A DNA stretch of 64,000 nt, taken from positions 12,385 to 76,384 of the forward strand of contig CDMY01000437.1 of assembly GCA_001179505.1 (NCBI GenBank). The letters are read 5' to 3'. Below the pieces are notes generated by a model, which made no database searches, was not told the origin of the DNA, and worked only from the letters and a program-made list of their open reading frames with translations. This document shows positions 52,550 through 64,000 of the stretch, piece by piece. Numbering within the stretch: the stretch's first letter is position 1; every line of letters begins with the position of its first letter. The DNA is from Vitrella brassicaformis CCMP3155 (taxonomy: Eukaryota; Protista; Chromerida). A program made the position numbers and the translations under genes.

Positions 52550-54440
52550 CTAGAACGAGTCTTTCATCTCTCGAAGCCTCTTCATTACAAACACATCGCG
52601 GCTCTCATCTGCACCCCCCCACATGGCCACACACGCGTCCATGCCCTCCCTCCCTCTCCCTGCCTGTGCAGCAAGCATACCTGCCGTCATGTCTTGAGCC
52701 CGCGCCGCCTGTATGAGCGCCGGCTGGTCGACGCGCATAAACGGATTGGTGGACAGCTCCTGCACGATGCACAAAGACGGATACATTCAATGATATACGA
52801 GTTGTGCTGGGAGTGCGCGTGTGTGTCGGTGGGCATTCAACGCGACACGTGCCTGTTGAATGGTGCTGGGCACGGTGTAGGCGCCCTTCTTGAGTGTGTC
52901 GTCAACCCACTGCGCGAGGGACTGCAGAGATGCGTTGGCGGGGTCGACTGACAGCGCGAACCTGCACACACACACTTGGTGGTGTGACCATTCGCTCATT
53001 CATGTGGTGACTGATGGATGAGCTCACTTGACGTTGTTTCGCGTGTACTCGTGCCTGTGGGAGGGACACACACGACACAGACGGAAAGACACACGTGCGT
53101 GTGCATGTGTGTGTGAGTTTCACCCGCAGTATAATTTGGTCTCTGGCGGGAGGCTGCCGATGACGCCCTTGAGCGCACGGAACATCTCACTCGCCTCACC
53201 CTGCACACACACACACACACACACACACGTCCACAGACAGAGAGATAGACATCCACACGTCATAGCCCACCTCAAAGAAGCGCCCGCAGCCACAGACGAA
53301 CAGCGTGTCACCTTCAGTGAACGCGAAACATGCACACGAGCCAACATGCGCTCACATACTATGTAACGCACCCACCTGTGAAGAGTATGGGCGTCTCGTT
53401 GCTGTCTCTTTTGGTCACGTAGAAGAGAATGTGGCCTCGTGTGTGGCACGGCGTGTGCAGCGCCTTGATCGTCAGCGAGCCTGCTCGGATGCACATGAAT
53501 GCATACACCTGCTGTATACATGTACGTACATATACGTATACGTACGTACGTACGTATATGTGTGTGCACATATTCCACCTACCTACCCATTTGATGTGTG
53601 TCGCCGTCCTTCATGGTCTTGGTGACGGCCGGGATGTCCTCATAAGCCGTGCTGATCACCTGCACACACAACACGTATAATGAGCACAGGTTCGTACGTA
53701 CACACACAACATACACATGCATACGTACAGTACACGCACAGCAAGGAACACACGAGCACATGTGCATGGTCACCCACCTCAATGCCGGGCACGAGAGATG
53801 CCATCTCTTTGTTGCCCCCTGATCGATAAATGGATGGATGGATGGATGAAACACTCATACATGTATGGGTGGCCTACGCACCGCTGTGGTCCCAGTGTTT
53901 GTGTGTGCACAGGAGTGTGTCGATGGTGGCGCCAGCATCCGCCGCTGCTGACAGCAGTTTCTTCGGCTCCACCGGATCCACACAAGCCGCCCGCTTCGTC
54001 TCTCTGCACAGACAGTCACACAGAAGTGCGCATGTGTGTGCCTGACTGCCTGATGACTGACCTGTCCACGAGCAGATAGCCGTAGTTGTTGCTCGTGCCC
54101 GTCAGCAGGGGCACCGGAATGACGTCTGCGCACGCCTGCTCGTTCAGGTCAGACATAACAGCTCTCCTCTCTGTGTTTCTTTACTCATCCATCCGTCCAT
54201 CCATCCATCCGTCCGTACCTGTGCGCTGGCCTGCGCCGCTGCAGTAGCCATACACCTGCTCACAGGGCGCCTCTGACACACATCAAACACACACAAATGA
54301 ATGACCCAGGCTGCCGTGCAGTGCTTTGCCCAGATCTGTGATGAATCGCTCACCTGCAGCAGAGATCCTTTGACGTGCACAAACGCGCAGGCAGACAGTA
54401 GCCGCGTTGCTATCACCATTACACAGAAGAGATGAAGCAT
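52550..54440 (-). CDS. GLO2: Hydroxyacylglutathione hydrolase (glyoxalase II) with N-terminal targeting extension
   Basis: Motifs NNYGYLL, VDP, THKHWDHSGGN, HTPCHTRGH, LFTGDTLF..GCGRFFEG, LP.ETKLYCGHEYT and PSTIQQELSTNPFMR. The upstream exon is MLHLFCVMVIATRLLSACA-FVH..., and a second in-frame ATG lies at 54251. Confidence 0.93.
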
Positions 54441-54573
54441 TGATTCACCGCAGCAGCGGTTTCATGGAGCACCCTATAGCCACCTCGGATCTGCAGCATG
54501 GTTTGCAGGAGAGGGACGTGCTGTCAACGTGGAGAGCCTTCAACCGTGTGCAGAGTGCAACAATTTGCAAGAG

Positions 54574-56530
54574 ATGGATGAGCGAACGGAGAAACCGCAG
54601 AAGGTGGAGGGTGGGAGGGCGGCGGGGCGGCCTGCGCTTGCTTTCGACGCACCTTCCACAGGTCGGCCCGTGGATGCCTTCCAGCTGGAGATGATTCCAG
54701 GCAACCACTATGGCAGAACCTGGATGGTCGACGTGCAACCTTCCTTTGAGGTACGTACGCGAAAAATGAATGAAGGCTGAATGGAATGTAAGGCGGATGG
54801 GATGGGTGGATGCATTGGCTGGCAGGTGTTTGATCTGGTGCTTCTGGTGCAAGAGAAGATCAGCGTGCCCGCCGAGGCCATATGGCTGTTGCATGCCGAC
54901 AAGCCGCTCTACACGCTCAACAGCACTCTCGGCGACTACGGCATACGGCCCAACAGCGTGATACGGTCCAATGTGCGCTTCTTTATCCATGGTGCCCGTC
55001 GGCTCACGCCTTACGGTAAGGAGGGTGCAGGTGAAGCAAGCAGTATGTGTATGTGTATGTGTATGTGTGTGTCTGTCTATAGACGTGTGTTTCCCTTCAG
55101 ATTCCGTGCAAGGGCCGTGGAATGTGAGTGCAGTGTGCGGTATGAAGACCACCCAGATGCGCACGGTTGGTGTGTGGTGTGCTGTGCTGTGCTGTGCTGT
55201 GCAGGAGGTGGTGATCCCCTCACTCGTGGACAAGTACTGTGACAACGCGGACAGACTGGCCAACGCACACGCAGCTGCACAGGAAATGGTACGGACAGGC
55301 ATAACTCAGTCTCATCATATGTGTGTAGGTACGCTGCGTCCACCATCGTGCCTCTCTCTGTCAGGTGTTGCAGATCGTATCGGTTGACGACGAGAGTGGG
55401 GTGCCCGTCCTAGGGCTGTTCGCCATCCGCGGAAAGGACACGGTGCAGCAGGTGGACGTCTACCGTGGCGTGGGAGAGGTGCGCGAGCGGCTGTCGCGCA
55501 TCTCGCCCGCCGCGGCCGACCAAGCGGCGGACCTTCTAGCGTCGGTGGATGACTTTGAGAAGGTGTCATCGGTGCGGCGGGCGCAGAGGCGGCTGGCTGC
55601 CGTCAGGACGGGCCGGGGGGCTGTGTTCGAATTGTTGGAGCAACTCAATCAGGCAAGTGGAGAGGGGGCGGGGTAGGGCAGAAGACAACGCATTTTTCGG
55701 TCTTTCCATCAGGAGCGTTTGATCAAGAAGGAGCGCGACACTGCCGTCAGTCAGGCAAGCAAGTGGGAGGGAAGGGGGAAAGAAATGATTGATGTGCGGG
55801 TTTGTTTACCGTCCACCCCTCAGATCAAAAAGGCACACGACTGCACCGTTGCCCAGCTCAACAGAACCATTCGGTGCGAAAGGGGATCGACTCCATTTAT
55901 CCATTCATCGCTTCTTTTGTCGGCATGTGCAGGGAGAAGGACAGCGAGCTGCAGCGCCACGTGGCCGACAGGAAGGCCAAGGCCGCCCTCCTCACCCTCA
56001 AGGACAACACCATCACGTCGCTCAAGCAGGAGATCGCCGCACACCGCACCCAGATCGACCGGCTCGAGCAGCAGACCGCTACACTCGAGAGGGAGCGCCT
56101 CACCGACGACCGGCTGCGTCAGTGTGGGTCTGCAGCTGAGATTGAGTGCATAATGGGGCGGGCGGATGAGGAGATGGGGCGGCTGCCGGGCTTCAAGCGG
56201 CGTGCTGAGGCGCTGCACGACGAGATGAAGAGGAGGGAGGAAGAGAGCGACCGCATGTGTGTCGCCTGCAAGGAGAGGGAGAAGACCGTCACACTGCCGT
56301 GTGGTCAGTCAGCTACAGAGACAGAATGATGACGTTCACCGCCATGTGTGTCTCTGTGGACATGCGTGTGTGCAGGACATGTGTGCTATTGCGAGGAGTG
56401 CTACCGGCCCATCCTGTCAGGCCCACCCGAGAGGCCAGCTGACGGCAATGGCAATGGCGATGATGAAGACGAGGAGATGGCCGAGGAGCCGGGACCCAGA
56501 TGTGGCCTCTGCCGCAAACCATTCTCGTGA
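54574..56530 (+). CDS. Ubiquitin-like domain + coiled coil + C-terminal RING-HC protein (putative E3 ligase)
   Basis: UBL-like FQLEMI...WMVDVQPSFEVFDLVLLVQEKISVPAEAIWLLHADKPL...TLGDYGI. Coiled-coil exons follow, then the RING CVAC..LPCGHVCYCEEC..(acidic insert)..CGLCR. The start codon is tentative. Confidence 0.8.
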
Positions 56531-56997
56531 GTGCCGGCCAGGGAAAGCTTCGCTTCATGTGTTCATGAGCATCGCACGAATGGGTGCGTGGATGTGTTGC
56601 ATGGCCATGGCCTTTGACTCGATGCATGTCGCTGTGCGGTGCGTCTCCATACAGACAGACGTGAACGGCAGTGCAAGCTTCCCGCGTACACCATGGAGAA
56701 AGGCATGTTAATCCGCACAACACATTCATTCTTGCGCCGGCTCGATGAAGGATAACCAATCGATTGCTCAAATTACTTTCCAGAGCGTCTCGTTTGTGCA
56801 CACGAGAAAAACAAATCCATCCATCCAGCCTCAGATGCAACGAGTGCGTGTGCGTCGTCTCTGCGGCACTAGAGTCGTGTCCGTGTGCCGTTGGGATTGG
56901 CATGCATCGATGAATGAATGTCCATCGCCGTCAGTCGTCCATCGATTTCCGAATGTCCATTCTCAGTTGTGTCTCGCTCACTGACTTAGTCAGTCAG

Positions 56998-57920
56998 TCA
57001 GCCTCTCTTGATTTCGGGCGCGCAGCACTTGCCCTTCTCGCCGCCGGTGAAGAAGCGCGCAGCCTTGGGATGCTTGCCCGACTGTTGGGTCAACGCCTCG
57101 AGCTCTGCCCGTATATGCACACACACACACACACACACAATACAGACGCGCATACACAGGCTATGCAGGACCGGTTCGGCGTCAGTGGTTGGCTCACCGC
57201 TGAGGAGCGTGGGGACACACTCCAGGTACTGCTTGCCGAAAAACTTCCCGCAGGGATTACTCTTGGACAGAGTGCACTCTGCACAGGCACAGCGAGACAC
57301 GCACAAATACATCCACACTGAGACAGGATGGCGGGCGTCGCTGACCCTCTCCGATCTTGTCGACGTTGTCGGCGAGAACCTTGATGTTGGTCTTCGCTGC
57401 AAAGGATACGATGCCGACAACAGACAACGTGCCCATGATGTGTGTCTCGCTGGCCAACAGCGTGTCTCGCTTACAAGCGTTGACGCTCTCGTTTCGCTCG
57501 AACGGCGCCTTCAGCTCCTTGATGCAGTTGGGGGGCTGCATGAGTGACACACACACACGAGTAGGGGCCGCCTGAGCTGACACGACGTACGTCAGCTCAG
57601 GCAGGTGCATACTCACCACCCACTCCGCCGTATCTGTTGTCCAAGTGATGATGCCGAATTTCTTGCGCTTGATGATGTCGTCTTGGACAACAAGAGCGAG
57701 AAAGAGTGTGGGCAGAGCCAGAAAGCGTCCTAGGGCTCTCACCTTCGGTCAGCGCGGGAAGCTCAGTTGTGACATTCTCTTGCTTCTCCGAGTTCCACTG
57801 TGACTCAAGATCGTACAGGTAGCCTGAGGACTCGGCTGTGTTCTCGACCTCGAGCTTCTTCGTGGTCAACGCAGCCACCTGCACATTCTCACCCAGCCAC
57901 CCACAGAGACAGAGAGAGAC

Positions 57921-57951
<31 letters not shown>

Positions 57952-59527
57952 CATGCACAGAGCGGAGAGAGATCGGGCGCTGACCTTTGTGTTCTCGTCG
58001 GAGATGGCTTTGTCGAGCGCATCCTTTTTCTTCTGAAACGCGGTCTGTTCCTTGCTGAGCTTGTTGTCCAGCTTCTCCCTTTTGGCCACTATCGACTTCT
58101 TCTCCCTCAGGAGCTTCGCGATGAGCTTGCGCACATCTTCGAGCGACTTCCGGTAGACCTGCAGGCAGGTGCCTCAGACGAAAAGACACGTGCTCAGGAA
58201 TCCACTGATGGACCACTCGGTCGCATTCTTGCAACCTTCATGAGCTTGTCATTGTCCTTGGCCACGTCCTCAAACTCTTCAAGAGCTTTGAGGACGGTGG
58301 GTCCGATTTGGTTGACCGACGCGTCCAGGTGTTCGATGTGCTTGTCCAGACGGTCCTGCACCATGATCGGCCCATGCAGATGTTATCGATTGGTTGATTG
58401 CTCGGGTGGGTGGATGGCTGACCTTCTCGACTTCCAGCTCCATCTTCTTCTGCACTCACCCACCAGAGACAGACAGACAGGAATGCCATCGACGAAGGCG
58501 TGAGTTTTGTGTGTGGGGGGGGGGGGGGGGCGAAAGNNNNNNNNNNNNNNNNNNNNNNNNNNNNNNNNNNNNNNNNNNNNNNNNNNNNNNNNNNNNNNNN
58601 NNNNNNNNNNNNNNNNNNNNNNNNNNNNNNNNNNNNNNNNNNNNNNNNNNNNNNNNNNNNNNNNNNNNNNNNNNNNNNNNNNNNNNNNNNNNNNNNNNNN
58701 NNNNNNNNNNNNNNNNNNNNNNNNNNNNNNNNNNNNNNNNNNNNNNNNNNNNNNNNNNNNNNNNNNNNNNNNNNNNNNNNNNNNNNNNNNNNNNNNNNNN
58801 NNNNNNNNNNNNNNNNNNNNNNNNNNNNNNNNNNNNGGGGGGGGGGGCGAAAGAGCTTTCTTACGTATGCCCAGTTCAACTCGAGCTGGAACTTCTGCAC
58901 CTTGAGCTTCATGACCTTTTCGTCGAGCTGCTTGATCCGCTTGGCGGCGTTCTTGACGAGGCTGTGGCCCCTGTTCATCTCCTTACGCAGCTTCTGCACT
59001 CACTCACACGCCCACGCACACAGCCAATCAATCACTCACTGACGTGTAAGGACGTGGATGCCTGCGATGCGTACGTACCTTCAGGGATCTCTCCCTGAGC
59101 ATCGCCCGCTTCTCGCCCAGCTGCCTGTCCCACGCGGATCCGTCCGAACACAGGTCCTTCAAGTACTCGACCGGAGTGCCTGATGAACAGTGACGGGTCG
59201 TTCATTGGGTTCATTCATCTCATTGCAAAGACGGCCGGGCTGCTTACACATCCTGTCTCCTTTGATCGTGGGGCTCAGCTGGAACTCCTTGTCCTCGAGG
59301 AAGCTGCCATCCGTATCGTTGGGGCCGTGGAACATCGCAATGACGCCTGCATCGAACAACAAAAGTTGTCGGCAGCCCTTTTGTTCGAGCATGAGTTGTT
59401 GGCGTGCAGGCGCACGACCGGGAACAATGTCAACACGGCGACGACCGCAGGAAGCCGCCCAGGCGGCATTACTCAGGCAAAAAACAACAACGAAAAAGAA
59501 CTGCGGCATTACTGCCGAAGAGAGCAT
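56998..59527 (-). CDS. Putative secreted coiled-coil protein with Cys-containing C-terminal region
   Basis: Signal-like MPQFFFVVVFCLSNAAWA (ATG 59509, or 59527). About 10 in-phase exons include Lys-rich heptads (KLRKEMNR..., VYRKSLEDVRKL...) and a terminal ECTLSKSNPCGK...LECVP...GKCCAPEIKRG*. Confidence 0.72.
58537..58836. other. Assembly gap (300 N) in an intron; the flanks overlap
   Basis: Poly-G followed by CGAAAG on both sides of the N run. Confidence 0.97.
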
Positions 59528-61831
59528 GGCTGCCAGTGGGGGTCGCTGACGGACGGCTGATGCCTTCTGACAAGCCTTCTGAGACCTACAACGTCCTCGG
59601 GGACGTCCCTTCCCTCAACGACACGAGATGAGACCAAGATGAGACGCCCCACGCTGACCCCCTTGATTGTTTCGCGCGCTTTCACTCCCTGAAATCGCTG
59701 CTGTCAGATGTAAGCCAGCCAGGGTGCAGCCTTCATATGCATGCGTGTTCGCATCATGCAGCTAGCCACACAGCCACCCATACAAATAAATGCATCACCA
59801 CCCATTCTCGGACCAATCAAGTCACAGACAGCCTGGAGTCAGCAGCGAGTGTGTCTGTGTGTCTGTATGTGGAAGACCCAGTATGGTCAATCAATCCCCC
59901 GCCGCCCAACCGGCAAAAAGACGCCCACACACACTCACACACACACTCACACACACGGAGAGAGCAAAACTCTTCATGCAGGGCATGATCACGATGCACG
60001 AGAGAAGGGAAGTCTGACCAAGACGTTCCATCCATCCACCCACCCATGTGGCCCAGCCATCCGCAAGGGTCACGTCCCGCCACGATGCCGAGGGAAAAAA
60101 GACGCCCTCATGCAGTGCGTATACATACATACCTACATATATGTGCGCGTCCCTCCCTCCCTCCCTCACTGACACACCCAGTCAAGCTGGCGTGTGGTGG
60201 GCCGTACATGTATCCGACACCACCCCCACGCGCAGCCATCACCCACTTGTCCTTAATTTCGGAGACGCACCGACCGACTCACAGACAGACAGACAGACAG
60301 ACAGGCAGACAGACACGATCGCACGGACAAAACGGGGGACAGACGAGACGCACACGCGCACGCCCGGCAAAAGCCATTCTCGGATACACTACATACATAT
60401 GTACTGCCCTCCCCCCTCCCCTGAGCTTGCCAATGAAGCGAGAGACGAGTCAGTGTGTGTGTGGCAGCTGAGGAGATTTGTATCCATGACCGAGCGAATT
60501 ACATACCACTTTGCTGCACACACAGTTACATACGAATGTACGCAATCACACTTTCGAGAGCGACAGACAGACAGACAGACAGACAGGCAGACAGACAGAC
60601 AGGAGCACAGAGAGGTATGTGTGTTGACAATGTGGTCTTGACGTGATCCGACGTATAGATAAACCCATACAGAGACCCATACGTATCCCCATGGACAGAC
60701 AGATACATATATTTTCCGTGTGCGCTTGGCAGGAGCCACTCGAGCACTCGGACACTCACTCGGACAAGTCAGTGGACGGATGATCTGGTCTCATCTCTCC
60801 TCTCTCCTCTCTCTCTCTCTCAGGTCGTCGTTCTCTCTCTCCCTCTCTCCCTCTGTTGCCAGTCAGGTCCCATACAGACAGACGTGCAGACACGTGTGTT
60901 TGTGTGTGTGCACACCAATAGCTGTACTCACATACACAGAGATGGCCAGTCAGGGCTTTCATGTCACTTCGTTCGATGAAGGTCATTCGTCCTGCGACAA
61001 TGAAGTCACTCTCAGCGCAACAAAGCGCAGCGTACGAAAAGCAGCAGCACCATGAGCAGGCGCAAGCACGGTGAGAGAGGGAGAGAGGGAGAGAGGGAAG
61101 TCAGTCACGTCAGTCGTCACGTCGGCTATGTCGTAGGACGTTCTTAGCGCATACGGTGCTTCGCACGCTCCTCCTAAAGCCCTACCCTACCAGCCCCCAC
61201 CACCACCCCACACCGAGACACGCATACTCACACGTACAGACAGACCCACATACGCACATACGCACCACAAGCGTACACACAAACGCATCGCATGGACGAA
61301 GACAGCAGAGAGACTGCAAAAAGTAGGAACGGGTGGGTGGAGAAAAAGTTGTGTAAGTGCTGAGAGAGATATAAGTGCCATATGCACATTCCTTTGTGGA
61401 AGAGAGAGAGAATGAGCGAGGGAGGAGGAATCCACACCCATTTGCACACATACGCGCAACACACACTACACACACGCATTCAGCACTTAACGGATCGGTA
61501 AGCAAGAGACAGAGACCAGAGAGTGACAAAGCAAGATAAGGGCAACCAGCAGAGGGGGGAAAAATAGGCAGCATACCCCAGACAGACAGACAGACAGACC
61601 AGCTTAGCGGATAAAGGAAGGGATGAATCGGTGGAGTGGATGGATGGAATGAGTGCAATCGTGGCGCTATCGGCACGGAACGGCAGGTGCACGAGAGAGG
61701 ACTTCTGTCTGCCTGCCTGGCCACGATTGCGCATGTGCGTACGTGTGGAAACCGAGAAAATTACGTGTCCGCTGTGCGTGTGTGTGTGTGTGTGGTTTAA
61801 AACAATGATGAGTGTGTAGACACATGTACCA

Positions 61832-62131
61832 NNNNNNNNNNNNNNNNNNNNNNNNNNNNNNNNNNNNNNNNNNNNNNNNNNNNNNNNNNNNNNNNNNNNN
61901 NNNNNNNNNNNNNNNNNNNNNNNNNNNNNNNNNNNNNNNNNNNNNNNNNNNNNNNNNNNNNNNNNNNNNNNNNNNNNNNNNNNNNNNNNNNNNNNNNNNN
62001 NNNNNNNNNNNNNNNNNNNNNNNNNNNNNNNNNNNNNNNNNNNNNNNNNNNNNNNNNNNNNNNNNNNNNNNNNNNNNNNNNNNNNNNNNNNNNNNNNNNN
62101 NNNNNNNNNNNNNNNNNNNNNNNNNNNNNNN
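61832..62131. other. Assembly gap (300 N)
   Basis: Run of N. Confidence 0.99.
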
Positions 62132-62321
62132 GCTCCCTCCCTCCATCCATCCATCCCGCTTCCATCGGTTACGTGCCGATGAGGGCGATGATGATGCTCA
62201 CAATCACATAGATACCCAGCAAACAACAGCTAAACACACACGAGGCAAACAAGGGCGGCAAGGTGACTGACCGACCCTCAGACGGACAACCCTCCCGTCT
62301 GTATGTGTTTCCACCCCCCCG

Positions 62322-62770
62322 CCACACCAGTGTGTGTGTGTGCAGAGACTCGACAGCCACGCACCCTCCCGCCACACGAGTGTGTGTGTGTGCAGATACT
62401 CGACAGCCACGCACCCTCCCGCCACACCAGTGTGTGTGCGTGCAGAGACTCGACAGCCACGCACCCTCCGCCACGCACCCTCCCGCCACACACACTGACA
62501 CCAGTGTGTGTGTGTGCAGATACTCGACAGCCACGCACCCTCCCGCCACACACACTGACACCAGTGTGTGTGTGTGCAGATACTCGACAGCCACGCACCC
62601 TCTCTCTCTCTGTGTGTGTGTGCCCGCCCGCCCGCCGGCCTGCCTGCCTCGCCACACCAGTGTGTGTGTGTGCAGATACTCGACAGCCACGCACCCTCCC
62701 GCCACACCCGTGTGTGTGTGTGCAGATACTCGACAGCCACGCACCCTCCCGCCCCACCAGTGTGTGTGAC
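62322..62770. repeat. Minisatellite, ~50-60-bp unit CACCAGTGTGTGTGTGTGCAGATACTCGACAGCCACGCACCCTCCCGCCA
   Basis: About seven copies of CAGA(T/G)ACTCGACAGCCACGCACCCTC with variable spacers. Confidence 0.9.
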
Positions 62771-62869
62771 CGGCAAGCATCACACCCACCACCAGCAGGC
62801 CAGAAAAAGACCGGCAAGCATCACGACGGTCTTCCTGGCGCCTGACAAAGGCCCGATTCAGCACACACA

Positions 62870-62906
<37 letters not shown>

Positions 62907-64000
62907 CCCCCTGCAGTACTGAATGGGATGAATCCCTCCCTCCCTCCCTCCGTCCGTCCCTGTGTCTGTCTGTCTGTGTGTCCGTCCGGTTGTCGCCAAC
63001 CAACTGAGCATTCCTTTCGCTCACCTGATGGATGTTGCTCCCGCCTGCTGCTGCTGGAGAGGGAGGGAGGGAGGGAGAGGAGCGCCTTGGCCTGGCCTGC
63101 CTGCGTGAAGTCCTCCCAAACGCCCTACTGACTGACTGAATGGCAGCAATTAGGCAGCGTAGCCTGCACACATACAATTGCACACATACGCACACAAAGA
63201 TCAAAGGGTTAAGTAGCTAGCGCTGGAGTTAATTGTGCGTGTGGCTGTCAGTGAATGGAAAGGGGAGCTCGGTATATATAAGCTCGCATCGATCGTCGAT
63301 CGGTTTCCTTTGGGGTTTTTCCCATTGCAGGGGTGTAAAGGGGCGACTGGCGTGCTCAGCTACACCCTACTGATGCGTGGGATATACGACTGTGACAAAT
63401 TGGCGTGTGTAACAGCAGTGGGAGACGCTGAATGTGCGCATTTCAGACAGAGGACGGGCCGCCCGTCTGTCTGTGCACACCCACTTTATTTGCCCCTGCA
63501 CAAAGGCGACACGTGTCGGCCGGCCGCTGGCCGTCCTGTTGATGTGCGAAAGAGCCCCGTGTGTGCAATCGACGCTGAGAAACACATGGGCAAGTGTGTC
63601 GGTCAGGCGCACACAGACAAACCCACAGGTGGATGACCATTAAGGCTGACCACAGACAGCGTCACTGTATATGCCCGTGTCAGGCATGCTCTTGCCGTAA
63701 TTCTCACGCCCCAGTCGCCCCCCTCCGCCCTCTCACCGCTGAGGCCGATATGGGTGAGTGTTTGTGGTGACAACAACCTGGGTGTGGACGGATCGACAAG
63801 GGCACTCCAGCCAGTCGATTAGACCTTTCCCTATACCTTTGTCCTACCAGGAATATTTCCGGTCGATCCGACCAATACCCACCTCCACTCCTCAGCCCTC
63901 CACTCACCCATCTCTGCAAACACCAGACACCCACACACAATCCGCCAACAAAAAGACCGGCACATATCCAAAAAGACCGGCCTCTTGTGCCATCTTGTCA

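Noticed and set aside
53515-53570. Near-palindromic (TACG)n tract in a GLO2 intron
   Set aside because: TACG repeats are inherently self-complementary; a simple microsatellite expansion.
55746-55823. Second possible GC donor (CAG|gcaagc at 55755) in the UBL-RING gene
   Set aside because: A canonical phase-0 GTCAGT donor lies 9 nt upstream, so a GC donor is not required.
62322-62770. CRISPR-like appearance of the repeated units
   Set aside because: Eukaryotic context, no unique spacers and no cas genes; it is a minisatellite.
63235-63636. 133-aa plus-strand ORF near the window end
   Set aside because: No ATG start, no domain signature and no supporting splice structure.

Overview
Eukaryotic, intron-rich, GC-rich nuclear DNA. 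The best fit is a chromerid alga such as Vitrella brassicaformis; this is inferred from the CA/GT-microsatellite introns, a bipartite-targeted plastid ACP and lineage-specific gene families, not from a database match. The ORF track is mostly fragments, so I rebuilt about 20 spliced gene models by hand using GT/GC-AG junctions and reading-frame phase. Recognisable genes: BTB/POZ protein, SFM1-like SPOUT methyltransferase, ABCG half-transporter, plastid acyl carrier protein, Rab8/Sec4-like GTPase, HAD-IIA phosphoglycolate-phosphatase-like enzyme, glyoxalase II, a ubiquitin-like/coiled-coil/RING protein and a frameshifted TLDc gene. There are also a very large acidic coiled-coil protein, several secreted or membrane proteins of unknown function, and three dispersed copies of one unknown family. 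The most striking features are architectural. (1) Many short introns have AC/AG-rich 5' halves and complementary GT/CT-rich 3' halves, often with no polypyrimidine tract, suggesting hairpin-assisted splicing. (2) Nineteen consecutive loci alternate strand perfectly, giving nine head-to-head pairs; four of these spacers carry GCTTAGCTCGC. (3) A tandem-domain membrane gene has intact splicing across an in-frame TAA. There are four 300-N assembly gaps. I saw no rRNA, tRNA, CRISPR array or intact transposase/RT.
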